Shown here: one piece after another, positions 40,401 to 50,542 of the stretch
Numbering within the stretch: the first letter of the stretch is position 1
Layout: every line of letters starts with the position of its first letter
Assembly (NCBI GenBank): GCA_049697595.1
Contig: JBAVWC010000438.1
Location: forward strand, 1-56,143
Reading direction: 5' to 3'
Origin: Alphaproteobacteria bacterium
GTDB lineage: Bacteria > Pseudomonadota > Alphaproteobacteria > UBA9219
Length of the DNA stretch: 56,143 nt
Position numbers and translations under genes: made by a program
The notes under the pieces: model-generated
What the model was told of the DNA's origin: nothing
Database searches by the model: none
Seen by the model: the letters and a program-made list of their open reading frames with translations, nothing else

Positions 40401-42798
40401 CTTTCGATGAGATAATTGTTTCGCTCTTCTTGCCGAGCATCCGATCAAATACTTGCCTTACATCATCGTTAATCTGTACTTTCTGATCTGGTATATTAGC
40501 AACAGATTTATAAATATCCGTGAACATTTTCTTGATTTTGGCGAATACGTCAGCCATTCCTTCGGTTGGCGCATGACCTTCTAGGAAATACCTCTCAAAA
40601 GCTCTTGCAAAAGACTCATGTTGCAACCGAGTGAACCCACTGAAATTGCCCTTGGACTTACCGAGCCATTCCCTGATTTTAGCAACATCATCAACCAGTT
40701 GCTTTGGCGCACCTTCTTCAGAAGCATATTTAACCATTATGTCAAGAAAGTGGTGTGCGCTTTCATGGATAAAGGTTGAGGCATCGGCTCTTTTCATCAA
40801 TCGTATTATCGCGCTGCCCGTATTGGATATATACGAAGGTATGTATGATCCTTTTGCCTTTTGCTCCAATGCGCCCTTTTGCGCGAGTTGCTTGGTTCTT
40901 TCGCCCTGTTTGACAACATTGGCACCTTCATTCCGATACCAATCCTCAATCGTGCCTTTCGCCCCACCGTATAAATCCGACATGGTTTGAAAGAAGCTGC
41001 TAACCACGTGTGCCTGTGCAGTCGCTTCTTCCGTGCTTCTGCCAGCCGCAGTAAGTTTCTGGACAATATCCCCGATGACATTGTTTCGCATCGTATCTTG
41101 TTGTGAAGGCTGTTCTGGCTCTTTCTCTCCTATTACTTCGCCCAAATATGGCTCTGGGTTTTCCTTGGCAACATTGAATGTAGGCTCTGGAACCGTCTTG
41201 GTTTCAGGCATCTGTTGTTGAGCATCCTGATACGCCTTATTAACATCATCGGCCAATCCGCTTTTCTCTCTTGCCAAATCGCCAATCTGGTTTCTTACCA
41301 TTGTCATATCCGGCGTATCTTCAGTCTTTTTCCCCTCAACCAGATCATTCAATGCGTCATTCGCATCAGATATTTGTGAACGCAAATCCGCAACCGTGGC
41401 GGCTTTATTCTTCGTAAGCCTATCCTCAACGCCATTAACTTTATCAAGTATCGTCTTTATCTTTTGATTATTAGTGTCTGTCAGATCATCGACTTTACCT
41501 TTTGCTTCGACAACATCAGGGTCACTCATAATGTTATCGTCGCGTTTCTGTGCCAGATCGCTAATCCATCCGTGCAATCTTTCAAGTTTCGATGAAATTG
41601 CATCCCATTTAGAAAATACTTCTGGATTATTCTGCCTGACAATATCGTGAATTGTCTGAGGCTGATTTACGCGAACCGGTGATACTTCTTGATCCGGCGC
41701 GATTGGCGTCTTATTGGCATCATAAACAATTGGTTCATTAAAGAACTGATCTTCAGTGCCGTTGGCACTCGTTTCCTTTAGTTTTGTAACCAAGTCTGGT
41801 TCAGGAATATCTTTTGATGCAGTTTCCCACATCGGCTGTCTCGTAATGGTGACATGCGGAACCTGTTCAGTCGGAACCCCTTCAGCCGCAGCCAGTATTT
41901 GCCAAGTCCCCTGACCAATATCTATCGCATCCTGTTTGCTAAACCCCATGCCTTCAGCAATCGTCTGCGTAGCGGCACCACCCCCAGATATTGCCATAAA
42001 TCCGGCTGGAATCATCGTCATGCCGCGCATGATGGCTTCAATTGGATTTTCTGTACTCACGCCACGCTCATCAACCTCTGGCTCGAAAGATTTCATGGTA
42101 GTTCCCAACTGATCTATGTAGGAACTCTGTATAAATGCCTTGGCGTATGGCGATACTATATCAGACGCGAGTGTTTCTAGGTTCTGTAGCCCATCCTTAT
42201 AATCCTGTGAATTTTTGAAGGATTTATAATCGTCGCTAATTACTTCATCATGCAATTCATCAGCAGCAGTCGGGGGCGCAATAATCGCCTTAACGGTATC
42301 AGCAACATGACCATCTAATGCGTTTCCAAGATTGCCAATGGCATCAAAAACAGTTCTGGCGAGACTTCCAGCCTGACTAACTGCCTTGTCAACATTCATC
42401 ATCGCCTTGGCATTATCAGGAGAGGATTTTAGTATTGACTGAAAAGCATCCCTATCAATGGGATTCATTGTGGAAACGTAATCATCAACCTCTTTTTGTT
42501 GCTGAATGGGAGCTTGTTCTGCCGCGTTTTTGGTTATCGCTTCAGGTGTCTGCATATATTCAGATACATCGTTCTTGAACGAAGATTCGTCGATAGTATC
42601 TTGCTCGGAAGCCTTTTGAGCCTCCGCAGCAAACGCGGCTACATCGGCATCAGATTCGTGCGATAGAACTGGTGGTGAAGGCTGTTGTTGGGGAGCAACG
42701 TCAGAGCCAACAGGCTGTTGCGCGTCCTGTACTGGTGCGGGTGCATTATCTGAGCCGCCAGTAGGCTGATCTGGTACGGGGTCAAACGGATCGGTCAT
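37459..42798 (-). CDS. giant internal virion / ejection protein with HExxH zincin motif
   Basis: 1779-aa ORF. FIHESAHHFLD is a zinc-metallopeptidase-type motif. It has acidic low-complexity linkers and C-terminal hydrophobic segments, and its position matches T7 gp16-type proteins. Confidence 0.85.
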   Translation of the reverse strand: MTDPFDPVPDQPTGGSDNAPAPVQDAQQPVGSDVAPQQQPSPPVLSHESDADVAAFAAEAQKASEQDTIDESSFKNDVSEYMQTPEAITKNAAEQAPIQQQKEVDDYVSTMNPIDRDAFQSILKSSPDNAKAMMNVDKAVSQAGSLARTVFDAIGNLGNALDGHVADTVKAIIAPPTAADELHDEVISDDYKSFKNSQDYKDGLQNLETLASDIVSPYAKAFIQSSYIDQLGTTMKSFEPEVDERGVSTENPIEAIMRGMTMIPAGFMAISGGGAATQTIAEGMGFSKQDAIDIGQGTWQILAAAEGVPTEQVPHVTITRQPMWETASKDIPEPDLVTKLKETSANGTEDQFFNEPIVYDANKTPIAPDQEVSPVRVNQPQTIHDIVRQNNPEVFSKWDAISSKLERLHGWISDLAQKRDDNIMSDPDVVEAKGKVDDLTDTNNQKIKTILDKVNGVEDRLTKNKAATVADLRSQISDANDALNDLVEGKKTEDTPDMTMVRNQIGDLAREKSGLADDVNKAYQDAQQQMPETKTVPEPTFNVAKENPEPYLGEVIGEKEPEQPSQQDTMRNNVIGDIVQKLTAAGRSTEEATAQAHVVSSFFQTMSDLYGGAKGTIEDWYRNEGANVVKQGERTKQLAQKGALEQKAKGSYIPSYISNTGSAIIRLMKRADASTFIHESAHHFLDIMVKYASEEGAPKQLVDDVAKIREWLGKSKGNFSGFTRLQHESFARAFERYFLEGHAPTEGMADVFAKIKKMFTDIYKSVANIPDQKVQINDDVRQVFDRMLGKKSETIISSKEETGKEFADLHVQDAKETAPKDAAAAMDNVKAEISKLAENNDKEAYDAIKSGEAETGAGNTVGTEQPSGEGTHTATPESSEVGAGNGGLGEQGGGLRATEPADADRNAAGGTGAGEPSGDSAERPADEPVESSKSAAGQTAYLDKDGRFRFDKFNTSDDAMAAMKEMAARNSDFLDARYGTAAYTQKKLIAANKQMVAQLSEQVALLINKERSPEDYLEYTRATQQLEIAMRLRAEFQSDWGHAGHELQKVVSTLNVPDPVALAKRITGKSLLQLDEEMKLMNTIDKPLAKAEFAADMRTGRYAAFEDATLAFFRNNILSNPLTHLAYLSSNYVKIYGRILVNTPFAALAGKIMRDKDRVSMKQIPYMLSVVHNATMNAYPVAVAAIKSGVPFMRGSVQGLVRVAFDEIFENKASDLTKDEKAFLRSVKNKNDYKGLTDEEIKDKKKAQKDAVQASLDAAKQEVKDKNVKVSDINENLVLENADKEAAAKQAAEYPAIHNYLAEAVESGTKAYKQSLPGKLGRALTLSERSIQGIHTLSYSTNYEMRVGEKAFQSAMKKGLDGDELNDYLTQYTQKPPLDVMQYAHEMALRDIYIKSSVPEVDRFLSILTSHSLPGLRLVTGLAMPFAKIGVNMIDSGLIETTPLGFIKQSVRDDLSGRNGAIAKQYAVSKMMLGASAGTVAFGLGLSGFLTGGGPSDYKERENLMATGWRPYSADFGGVYVPYRKWLGEMAPLVGLTVDFADGIHSLAEHERTHVAAGLAASFSENIINDTWMNGLSNLISAFRDPHRAWTYAGNIATGFVPYSAAANMVRQQTDLSARSTTSNGIENLWGLAPKIANRIPLASLMLNQKVDVLGTPLPSGTNMGVSLNRDNPIIQKLNQIDIGIKSVPSNIKGVQLTPDQYHEYAVSSGLILKNLLWKDNGKGLIQTAGFNKLSHYDQAREVAAAVTSSRDIAASKLGHKYPQIMKDADAAKRKLHTE

Positions 42799-45017
42799 TA
42801 TTGATTACCTGCCAACGGAACGCTTGGGCTTGGCTTCCATCCCATTGATCTTGCTTCAACCATATATGCCCGTAATTTCGCAGGGTCATTCTGTACTTTC
42901 GACGCATCATAGAGAACGTCTTGAAGATTTCTCGGCCTTGTTTCTGGCGCAGACTTAATGACTACAGATTGCGCTGTTGATGGCATTGTTTGAAGAACAT
43001 CATTGCCAATATATTCTTTATCCGTGGGTTCGAAGTATCGTGATGGCGGAATCTGTGCCGCCTCTCTCTTTTGAATAGCGGTCGTCAACACTGGAATCGC
43101 AGCATCCCAAGCCTTCTTGCCTTCAGTATCATACGAACCAGAAACCATTTGATCTTTAATTATATCGAAAGCAGCTTTCTTTCTTGTGCCGAAATCATTC
43201 TTGTCGTTCAAATCTTCTTTGATTTGCTTTAGACCAGATCGCGTCAATTGAGAGCCGTTTGCCAATGGCATAACCTGCGACAAATTCGTAATATCCCCAG
43301 ACTGTATCTTGGCAAACGTGTTCCAGTATTCACTGCCATAATCTTTGGTGTCTTTGCTTCCAAGAAGTCCTGTCGATAATTCTTTGATCGCCTTCGGATT
43401 ACTTACCTGCAATCTAGTCCACGCCGCTTGAACATCCTGACTTCCGGCGAAAAGCTGGTCTTTTGTGGTTGGCGCAACGCCCTTGGTGAAATCCCCATTT
43501 ACGCCGCGTGTCACCAAATCAAGATCGGAATCGTTTGCCTTTTGATATGACTCAATAATGGCGTCCATGTGCTGTTTTACATGGGAAACGGTTGTATCGA
43601 CAAAATCAGGGTCGTTCGGGTTTTGCTTAATGGCCTCATTCTTTGCGTTATCAAGAAGCGTGGCATAATTTGCTTTATAGTAATCAGCAATGCTTGGAAT
43701 TGCCTTTCCATCAGACGCTATTGATTGGGGCTGTGCGCCTTGTGGTTGAGAAATTGTTTTCTGCAAATCATCAAGACGACTATTCCATGTTGGAAGATAT
43801 TGCGCGTATCTTGCGGGGTCATTCGTTGCCAGACGCTGATATTCCTGACGACGCAAATCAATCAGTTTCTGTGGGTCGCCGTTAGCTTGTGCGAGAAGTG
43901 TCTGCGTTTTCGTAACGCCCATATTAACGGCGCTATCCACAGCAACAGCCGCCAACGCAGGGGACATCTTATCTGCACCAATAGCATTGGCATACTTGGT
44001 TTGAATAATACCACGCGCCTGATCTTGCGTTAAATTCTGTACATCAACACCTGGATTGGCCTCTGAATTTATACCAAAGTTTGTTGCACCCTTACCGCCA
44101 TCATTTGTGACGAAGCCACCCTCATGGTTCATCACAAAATCTATTGGCGACGATGAACCAGTTCCAGTCCCATAGACTAAATCATTATAGGCTTGTGTCG
44201 CATTGCCCAAAACATGATCTGATATATTTCTTGAATTATAGTCATTGATTTTTGGGGTAAGTTTAACCTCTAAATCACGCGCATCTTTTGGCGTTAATGA
44301 ATCTTTGTATGTGTCATAAGTTTTAATCGCAGATGGCATATCATTGTTGGCAATTGCAGATTCCACAACATTATTGACTATCTGCCCTCTGGCCTGTGCT
44401 TGAATATACGGAATTGTTGTTTGCTGATCCTGTCCTTGATCTATGCCGCGCTTTAGTGTCAGCGCATCCGATGACTGTATGCTTTGTGCGACTGCGTTGG
44501 GATTGCTGTAATTATGAGCAGCGGTATCTGAAAACGTGTCAAGCATGGCTTCATGAGATTGTTTCTCAAAATCCTCCTGTTGCTGCATCGCATACATAGA
44601 GGAATTATCAGTTTCCATCATAGCGTGACGCGCCATGAACTGACTCATAATCTGAGCCTGATATGGGCCGCCAGCATTAGAAATAAACTGATCTCTTAAA
44701 TTTTGAATGGACGCTAAATATGCCGGTTGTGCCTTAACCGCATCCATTCCTTTATTCTGCATAAAGTTGGCTTTTAATTGAGCCGCAGCCGGAACGAATT
44801 GATTGGCAAGAGTATTCTCTGCTTGGGCTTCAGACGCCTGCATCAAGAATTGTCTGCTTATATCTAAGCTGGTATCCCCAAGTTTCTGTGTAGCCTCACC
44901 AACCTGCCCACCGAAATCAGCGGCATTGGCGTGATTTTCATTGGTATCGTTAGCCACGCCTTCTGACGGCGTAACTCCTGCTGTTGGCGCGTAAGGAACA
45001 TTTGCTCCGACTGGCAT
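42798..45017 (-). CDS. internal virion protein with GH108-like muramidase domain
   Basis: 739-aa ORF. FVMNHEGGFVTNDGGKGATNFGIN...LAAVAVDSAVNMGV matches the GH108 EGG...GG.T..GI...D..vN.G pattern. Confidence 0.8.
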   Translation of the reverse strand: MPVGANVPYAPTAGVTPSEGVANDTNENHANAADFGGQVGEATQKLGDTSLDISRQFLMQASEAQAENTLANQFVPAAAQLKANFMQNKGMDAVKAQPAYLASIQNLRDQFISNAGGPYQAQIMSQFMARHAMMETDNSSMYAMQQQEDFEKQSHEAMLDTFSDTAAHNYSNPNAVAQSIQSSDALTLKRGIDQGQDQQTTIPYIQAQARGQIVNNVVESAIANNDMPSAIKTYDTYKDSLTPKDARDLEVKLTPKINDYNSRNISDHVLGNATQAYNDLVYGTGTGSSSPIDFVMNHEGGFVTNDGGKGATNFGINSEANPGVDVQNLTQDQARGIIQTKYANAIGADKMSPALAAVAVDSAVNMGVTKTQTLLAQANGDPQKLIDLRRQEYQRLATNDPARYAQYLPTWNSRLDDLQKTISQPQGAQPQSIASDGKAIPSIADYYKANYATLLDNAKNEAIKQNPNDPDFVDTTVSHVKQHMDAIIESYQKANDSDLDLVTRGVNGDFTKGVAPTTKDQLFAGSQDVQAAWTRLQVSNPKAIKELSTGLLGSKDTKDYGSEYWNTFAKIQSGDITNLSQVMPLANGSQLTRSGLKQIKEDLNDKNDFGTRKKAAFDIIKDQMVSGSYDTEGKKAWDAAIPVLTTAIQKREAAQIPPSRYFEPTDKEYIGNDVLQTMPSTAQSVVIKSAPETRPRNLQDVLYDASKVQNDPAKLRAYMVEARSMGWKPSPSVPLAGNQ

Positions 45018-45697
45018 TATCCGGTCACTCCAGAATTAAATTGTCCTTTAGTCAAACCGCTAATGAGACTATTAAAGGAAGTTGAATTTTGCGAATTTAG
45101 ATAACCAGTTGAAGCATCTTCGGCGGAAACATCTTGCGTCACCTGATCCTGCGGCGAACTTCCAGTATAATCCCCACCAACAGGCCCGCTTCCCCCCGTA
45201 AACTGCTCATACTGCGCGACGCCCTTCAACAAACCACTTGCGGCATTCGTGAACCCAGCCGCCTGATCTTGCGTGGCCTCCGATTTGTAGAGTGCCGCTT
45301 GCCCCATGTCCTGCGAGGCTTTTGTTTCAAACCCGTATGCCTGACGCGCTGCATTCGAGCGGATATTCGCCAGATTCAACATGCTCATTTCGTTCTGGCT
45401 CTTTTGCACAGCTAGCGCGGAACCCGAATTGACATCGACGCCATTGGCGGCTTGGGCAACCTTGATGTTTCCGGCTTTTTGCTGCGCTTCGAGGCCAGCC
45501 ATTCCATACTGTTGCTCGCCTTCCGCGCCCGTCCATTGTGCGTTCTGAGTGGCAAGTTGGGCGTTCTGTTGAGCAATTGCGGCGTTGTATTTCGCAGCAG
45601 CCGAGGATGCGTTGCCGGACTGAATGGAGCCGAACGCGCTCAGAATGCCACTTCCTAAACTGGCATAACCGCCTATTTCTGAACCTGAGAGAGACAT
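45017..45697 (-). CDS. internal virion protein (226 aa)
   Basis: ORF track. Gly/Ala/Gln-rich, and coupled to the downstream ejection proteins. Confidence 0.7.
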   Translation of the reverse strand: MSLSGSEIGGYASLGSGILSAFGSIQSGNASSAAAKYNAAIAQQNAQLATQNAQWTGAEGEQQYGMAGLEAQQKAGNIKVAQAANGVDVNSGSALAVQKSQNEMSMLNLANIRSNAARQAYGFETKASQDMGQAALYKSEATQDQAAGFTNAASGLLKGVAQYEQFTGGSGPVGGDYTGSSPQDQVTQDVSAEDASTGYLNSQNSTSFNSLISGLTKGQFNSGVTG

Positions 45698-45734
45698 ATT
45701 TATACCTTAACCATTTTCAGCAATTGTTTCAAGG

Positions 45735-48700
45735 CTACTTCTCATCTGGCGTATCTCCGAGGTCGCAATAGCTAACCACGGCATCGACGTTGAGCGGTAG
45801 GGGAAAACTCTGCTGAATTGCAATCTGCCCTTTTACGTTCCAGTCCCCACCGATATTCTCGAAATAATCGCCAGTAAACAACGGTATCGGTTGCCCCATA
45901 GGTACGCTCTGATTTAATTCCTTAACCGGGATCATATTAACCCACGGCACGTTCACGTTCCCCGGCGTTGTGGATGCATCTACCTGATTGCTGCCAACGC
46001 TTATGCCGCGTGTCTCATGCACCCTGATACCAGCCGATGGAATGGTTTTGCGCTTAGTCTGGATTGTGTTCCCCGGCATCGCCAGTTCAAGATATACGGC
46101 CTGTAGCTGCGGCAGAAACGCAAGCCCTACGCAAACTATGGATGCGGGAGATTGAAGCGTTATGGAGCCATTGGTGACGATCTGAGGCACAATCACGCCG
46201 CCATCAGCCAATCCGGTAACAGTCAAACCCTCCAAATGATTAAGGCCGGTAACAGCCGATATGGGGGTTGTCAAAGACCAGTTATTGGCAACGGCTGGAA
46301 TTGGCGTCAAATTAGGGTCGTTAGGAACAGTCGCCGTGATCGGCCTCGTAATGTTTGCCGTTACAGATGTGCCTGACGTATAGGTAACGATTGTCGCCGC
46401 CCCATTCCCCATGCGGATAACATCACCAACCATGCCGGAAGTAAACACGGATGTCGAAGCCGTGAACACCACGTTATTTGTGATAATGGGACTCGCAACC
46501 GCACCAGTTCCCGTGGGATCGTTAATAACTATCTGCGTTTCGCCCACAGTATATTTTGTGCCAGTAGCCACGGGTGTAATCGCGGTTATAACGCCAGCCG
46601 ATTGCGTCACCGTAAGCGTCGCACCAGTTCCCAAGCCACTCGCGTCAATGGCTTCGGCAGTTGGGGATGTATATCCAGTTCCGCCATAAATAACATCGAC
46701 ACCCGTGATGTTCTGACTACCCGTTGCAGATGCCGCAAAGAGCGTTGCTGCTGGATACGAAATAGGCGTCGATAACCCGGCATCGACAGCAAAGACGTTC
46801 TCAGACGATACCCACAAACGATTATCAAACCGTTCGTGATAATAGACCCAATTCCCGCGCACAAATCGCTGCGTTATCACATAAACCGCATCAATAGGCG
46901 GTTCTTCAATCGAGCAGACATTAACGAATAAACCATTCGTATCGTGCCGCGCCCATCCCTGTTCTTCCTGTTCGGCAATATATGTCAGCGACAACATCGT
47001 GCCGTCATTGCGAACCGTCCAAACCAGCTTGCTCGGCTTTTCGGCATACGCCCAGTTCACAACCGTATAGTTGTCAAACAAATGATTGGAATAAATCGTA
47101 ATATCTGTGCCGGTATAGATGTTGGCAAAAAAGTTATAAACCAGATCATAGATAATGCCGTTATTCTCACGCACAAAAAGAATATGATAATTGATTGGAA
47201 TAGGAGCGCATGTTGAAGAGCACCCATATCTCGTTTGCGGCTGGGCATCTTGCGTTGATGGAGAGATGCCTCCGTTCGAGCCACCACTTAACTGCCACGC
47301 ACCACCGCCCGTAAATATGACCAAACCGCCCGGCATTGGCGTCATAAACTGAACACCATTGACTTGCTGCGACCACGGCGTTCCAGTAATCGCATCAGAC
47401 GCGACGGTAGGAATCGACGAACTCATATTCGTATAGTCGCCCGGTTGACTCATATAGTAAGTGTCGGGATTATTCTGCGTTGAGGCGTAAACACGTCGTT
47501 GTTGGAAATAAGCAGTTGCCCCTGGATTATTGCCAGTCAGGGGGCTGAATGTTAATGTCGCAGTTGCACCGCTTCCACCCGATTGCGAGAACGCTATCGT
47601 ATCTCCCGTTGCATAACCTGTTCCGGCATCCTCGATATAAAAGCCGTTAAGCCCACCACTGAGAACAATCGGAACGCCAACAAAACCACTCCCGTTTGCC
47701 GTCGTTACCGTGTAAGTAATGCCAGCCTGCGTATAGCCGGTTCCAGCAGCCGTTGGCACAACATCAATAATCTGTCCCGGCGCAAACGGGGCGTCAGCTA
47801 TAGGCGGCGTCGTTGTAAAATCAGCAACGATATTGGTATCGACAAACGATGTGCCTAATGCCGTTCCGACATAACCATATGGTACACCAACCTGAACGAC
47901 GTTCGACCCTGTGGCGTAGTATGGCGTCGCCACATAAACATTATAACTGGATGCGCCCGCGACGGGCGACCATGTAATCGTGTTGCCTCCGGCGTTGACG
48001 GAAATATCATTATTTTGAACGTAGGCTATATTCGATGCGATACTTTCCGTTCCGGTCACCCCATCAATCGCCGTAACGACATAACTATACCAAGTATCAA
48101 GAGTCGTTGACGCTTGTGCTGTAACAGCGCAATTTGTGGGCGCAGTTATCGCTGCCACAAAAGATGTTTCTGTAAGCGTCCAATCAGATGCCGTAACGCG
48201 CAATAAATCATAAGGCGGATATTCCGTGAGCGTCGATTGATTCCAGCATGTCAGGCTCATTTCGTTAGCAGACTGGACATATTTCAGATAATTCAGATCA
48301 GCCGCCGCATAAGGCGTTGTCAGCGTGTAAATCCGCGCCACCGTGCCGCCAGTCGATGCCGTAGCCGATGAAATAACATCTCCGAATAGACTTTCTACCG
48401 TGAACTCAGCCGTAGTAGGAACCGTTTTAACAACCCACGTTAATCCGCTGAATCCTGTATTGTCTGGAATATAAATCCAGTCCCCAATGCTGTAACCATG
48501 AGCCGTCGCAGTCGTAAATAATCCCGCAGAACTAACAGAAGTGACCGTGACAGAAGCCTCGGTCACATAGCCACCCTGATAGATGACGCGCATGTAATAA
48601 TCGCCAAACTCAAGATCGTAAGCCTGTAGAACGCTAAACTGGAACGGGATTGGGCGCGGCGCACCTGAATTTACGGGCGTACCGTTCGATACGTTATTGA

Positions 48701-48911
48701 CGGTTGCACCACCGATATTTGGCGCAGCCTGTTTGCACATTCCGACATACGCCAAACCAGCGCGAGATGAATAGCCGCCCTGAAAGTTTACAAACCCGTT
48801 ACGCATCGTTGACGCACCGAATTTATACTTCGGATGCGTGACGCGCCCCCACATGCCGGGAGATAACTCCCCGCCAACAAAAGCCTCCTGCATGACGGTA
48901 AATTTAGTCAT
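45735..48911 (-). CDS. large tail structural protein (nozzle / tubular-B-like position)
   Basis: 1058-aa ORF between the adaptor-like gene and the internal virion proteins. No catalytic motif recognised. Confidence 0.8.
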   Translation of the reverse strand: MTKFTVMQEAFVGGELSPGMWGRVTHPKYKFGASTMRNGFVNFQGGYSSRAGLAYVGMCKQAAPNIGGATVNNVSNGTPVNSGAPRPIPFQFSVLQAYDLEFGDYYMRVIYQGGYVTEASVTVTSVSSAGLFTTATAHGYSIGDWIYIPDNTGFSGLTWVVKTVPTTAEFTVESLFGDVISSATASTGGTVARIYTLTTPYAAADLNYLKYVQSANEMSLTCWNQSTLTEYPPYDLLRVTASDWTLTETSFVAAITAPTNCAVTAQASTTLDTWYSYVVTAIDGVTGTESIASNIAYVQNNDISVNAGGNTITWSPVAGASSYNVYVATPYYATGSNVVQVGVPYGYVGTALGTSFVDTNIVADFTTTPPIADAPFAPGQIIDVVPTAAGTGYTQAGITYTVTTANGSGFVGVPIVLSGGLNGFYIEDAGTGYATGDTIAFSQSGGSGATATLTFSPLTGNNPGATAYFQQRRVYASTQNNPDTYYMSQPGDYTNMSSSIPTVASDAITGTPWSQQVNGVQFMTPMPGGLVIFTGGGAWQLSGGSNGGISPSTQDAQPQTRYGCSSTCAPIPINYHILFVRENNGIIYDLVYNFFANIYTGTDITIYSNHLFDNYTVVNWAYAEKPSKLVWTVRNDGTMLSLTYIAEQEEQGWARHDTNGLFVNVCSIEEPPIDAVYVITQRFVRGNWVYYHERFDNRLWVSSENVFAVDAGLSTPISYPAATLFAASATGSQNITGVDVIYGGTGYTSPTAEAIDASGLGTGATLTVTQSAGVITAITPVATGTKYTVGETQIVINDPTGTGAVASPIITNNVVFTASTSVFTSGMVGDVIRMGNGAATIVTYTSGTSVTANITRPITATVPNDPNLTPIPAVANNWSLTTPISAVTGLNHLEGLTVTGLADGGVIVPQIVTNGSITLQSPASIVCVGLAFLPQLQAVYLELAMPGNTIQTKRKTIPSAGIRVHETRGISVGSNQVDASTTPGNVNVPWVNMIPVKELNQSVPMGQPIPLFTGDYFENIGGDWNVKGQIAIQQSFPLPLNVDAVVSYCDLGDTPDEK

Positions 48912-48912
48912 A

Positions 48913-49677
48913 TTACATCGGCCATATCATTGAGTATTCGCTGAATGCGTTATGACCGAACGGCGTTGGGTAACCGCCTCGCGCCGCAATCCAAGACGCC
49001 TCGCGTTCCTGTGTGATAACACCCTCATTGGCATCCATCGCCCGCGCCTGAGCGATCAGCCGTTCGGCAATCGCTATCTGCATCTGCATAAGGCTCTTAT
49101 CGAGCGAAAGCGCAGGAACCAGATAAGCCGCCAACGATGCAACAAACGCCTGCTGAAACAGGCTATCCCAGAACTGTGGATTGGGCTGATTAACGGTGTA
49201 AATGCCTTGCGCTTGGCTAAGGTTTGTCAGAATAATTTCGGCTGGATTTCCAAAAGAATCCGTTCCGTAAGCAACTTCGTATTGTGCGTTAATGCCGTAT
49301 CCAGTCGGGTTATTGACGACTGGAAAAATAGGAACGCCCCCAGATTGCAGAATAGATGCTGGCGGCAATAATTGCCTAACGAATAAACTATCGCTCGGAA
49401 CCAGATACGAATAACGCCAAGGCGTCGGCGGATAAGGCGTTGTCGTTCCTTGTGGGTTTTCGGGAGTACCGGGAGCCGCAGCGATTAATGACAATGCCGC
49501 CTGTTTCTTGAGGCAGTTCCATTTTGCAGAACGACTTAGGGATTCGAGAACTGGGGTTAGAAAGATGTTGGCCGCATTACTCTCGACCGACCCCTCATTT
49601 AACGACTGAACTTGAGAGCGCGAGCCGATGGAAGCTAACGACCGATTCGTGATGTCTATGATTGACCCTGACGCCAT
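48913..49677 (-). CDS. virion protein (adaptor / tubular-A-like position)
   Basis: 254-aa ORF immediately upstream of the 1058-aa tail protein. Confidence 0.7.
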   Translation of the reverse strand: MASGSIIDITNRSLASIGSRSQVQSLNEGSVESNAANIFLTPVLESLSRSAKWNCLKKQAALSLIAAAPGTPENPQGTTTPYPPTPWRYSYLVPSDSLFVRQLLPPASILQSGGVPIFPVVNNPTGYGINAQYEVAYGTDSFGNPAEIILTNLSQAQGIYTVNQPNPQFWDSLFQQAFVASLAAYLVPALSLDKSLMQMQIAIAERLIAQARAMDANEGVITQEREASWIAARGGYPTPFGHNAFSEYSMIWPM

Positions 49678-49693
49678 CCTAGCCCCCTAAGGG

Positions 49694-49984
49694 CTATTCA
49701 GCCCCGTCCTCATCATCATCTACGGAATCTTCATCAAGGCCATGCGTGACCTGCAAATTCACCAGAACACTATCGCCCGTTTTGTGAATCCCTACGACCT
49801 CAGCCAATAGATGCAGATGAACATAATTTCCAACCTTGCAGTCGGCATCATCGCAATCCAAACCAAGAGCCTTGAGATCATCATTCTGCAACGTCAGGCT
49901 TAATCCAAAAGGATAATTGACGGGCGCATCTTTATCTGCCCCGTCCATCGGCTTTTGAGCCAGACTTTTATACCCTTTGAACAT
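49694..49984 (-). CDS. hypothetical acidic virion-module protein (96 aa)
   Basis: ORF track. Confidence 0.6.
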   Translation of the reverse strand: MFKGYKSLAQKPMDGADKDAPVNYPFGLSLTLQNDDLKALGLDCDDADCKVGNYVHLHLLAEVVGIHKTGDSVLVNLQVTHGLDEDSVDDDEDGAE

Positions 49985-49993
49985 TGATTATCC

Positions 49994-50536
49994 TTACGTT
50001 GCCGAAGTGCTAAACGGTGTCGCAGCCGTGCCGGTTGACTTCGTGATGCCGTTTACCTGCCACAAATTAGCGGCAATGTCCTGAAACTCAAGTTCATCGC
50101 CAATGAAGCCGCCAGTGGTCGTGCCGTTCATGGCAATCGAAAGATACGTTCCGGCTGGTGTGGCGTTGTAGCCGGTCACAGTCGCGGAATCTTCCGTGAA
50201 CACGTTGCCCTGAAAATAATCAGCAGCGCCGCCAGAAAGGATTTTGTGCGCGTTGCTCGTTACAGTCGTGGTGACAACAAACTTGAATTTAACGCCAGAA
50301 CCAGTTGCGCCAGGAAGCGTGACTTTGTTACCAGTAGCCGTACCAAGAAGGATTGTCTGACCGCCGTTGGCAGCTTGCGTAAGGGTAAGCGTTGCTCCAG
50401 AGGTCTTGACGCCGGGAGGGTTCGCACCAGCCAAAGCAGCAATCGCGCCAGTAGTAGTCGCTTCTTTTTCACCAGCAGCTTGGCCGCTAGCGGATATACC
50501 AAGAACCTGTAGTATTTCTGTGCCTAAAAGAGCCAT
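49994..50536 (-). CDS. hypothetical virion-module protein (180 aa)
   Basis: ORF track. Gly/Thr/Ala-rich, beta-type sequence. Confidence 0.65.
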   Translation of the reverse strand: MALLGTEILQVLGISASGQAAGEKEATTTGAIAALAGANPPGVKTSGATLTLTQAANGGQTILLGTATGNKVTLPGATGSGVKFKFVVTTTVTSNAHKILSGGAADYFQGNVFTEDSATVTGYNATPAGTYLSIAMNGTTTGGFIGDELEFQDIAANLWQVNGITKSTGTAATPFSTSAT

Positions 50537-50542
50537 GATTTA

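Noticed and set aside
37459-42798. Virion-packaged RNA polymerase (N4-like vRNAP)
   Set aside because: I saw no polymerase-type motifs (a T7-like palm with D...D and K/Y motifs). The protein is half the size of N4 vRNAP. It has an HExxH motif and membrane-like segments instead.
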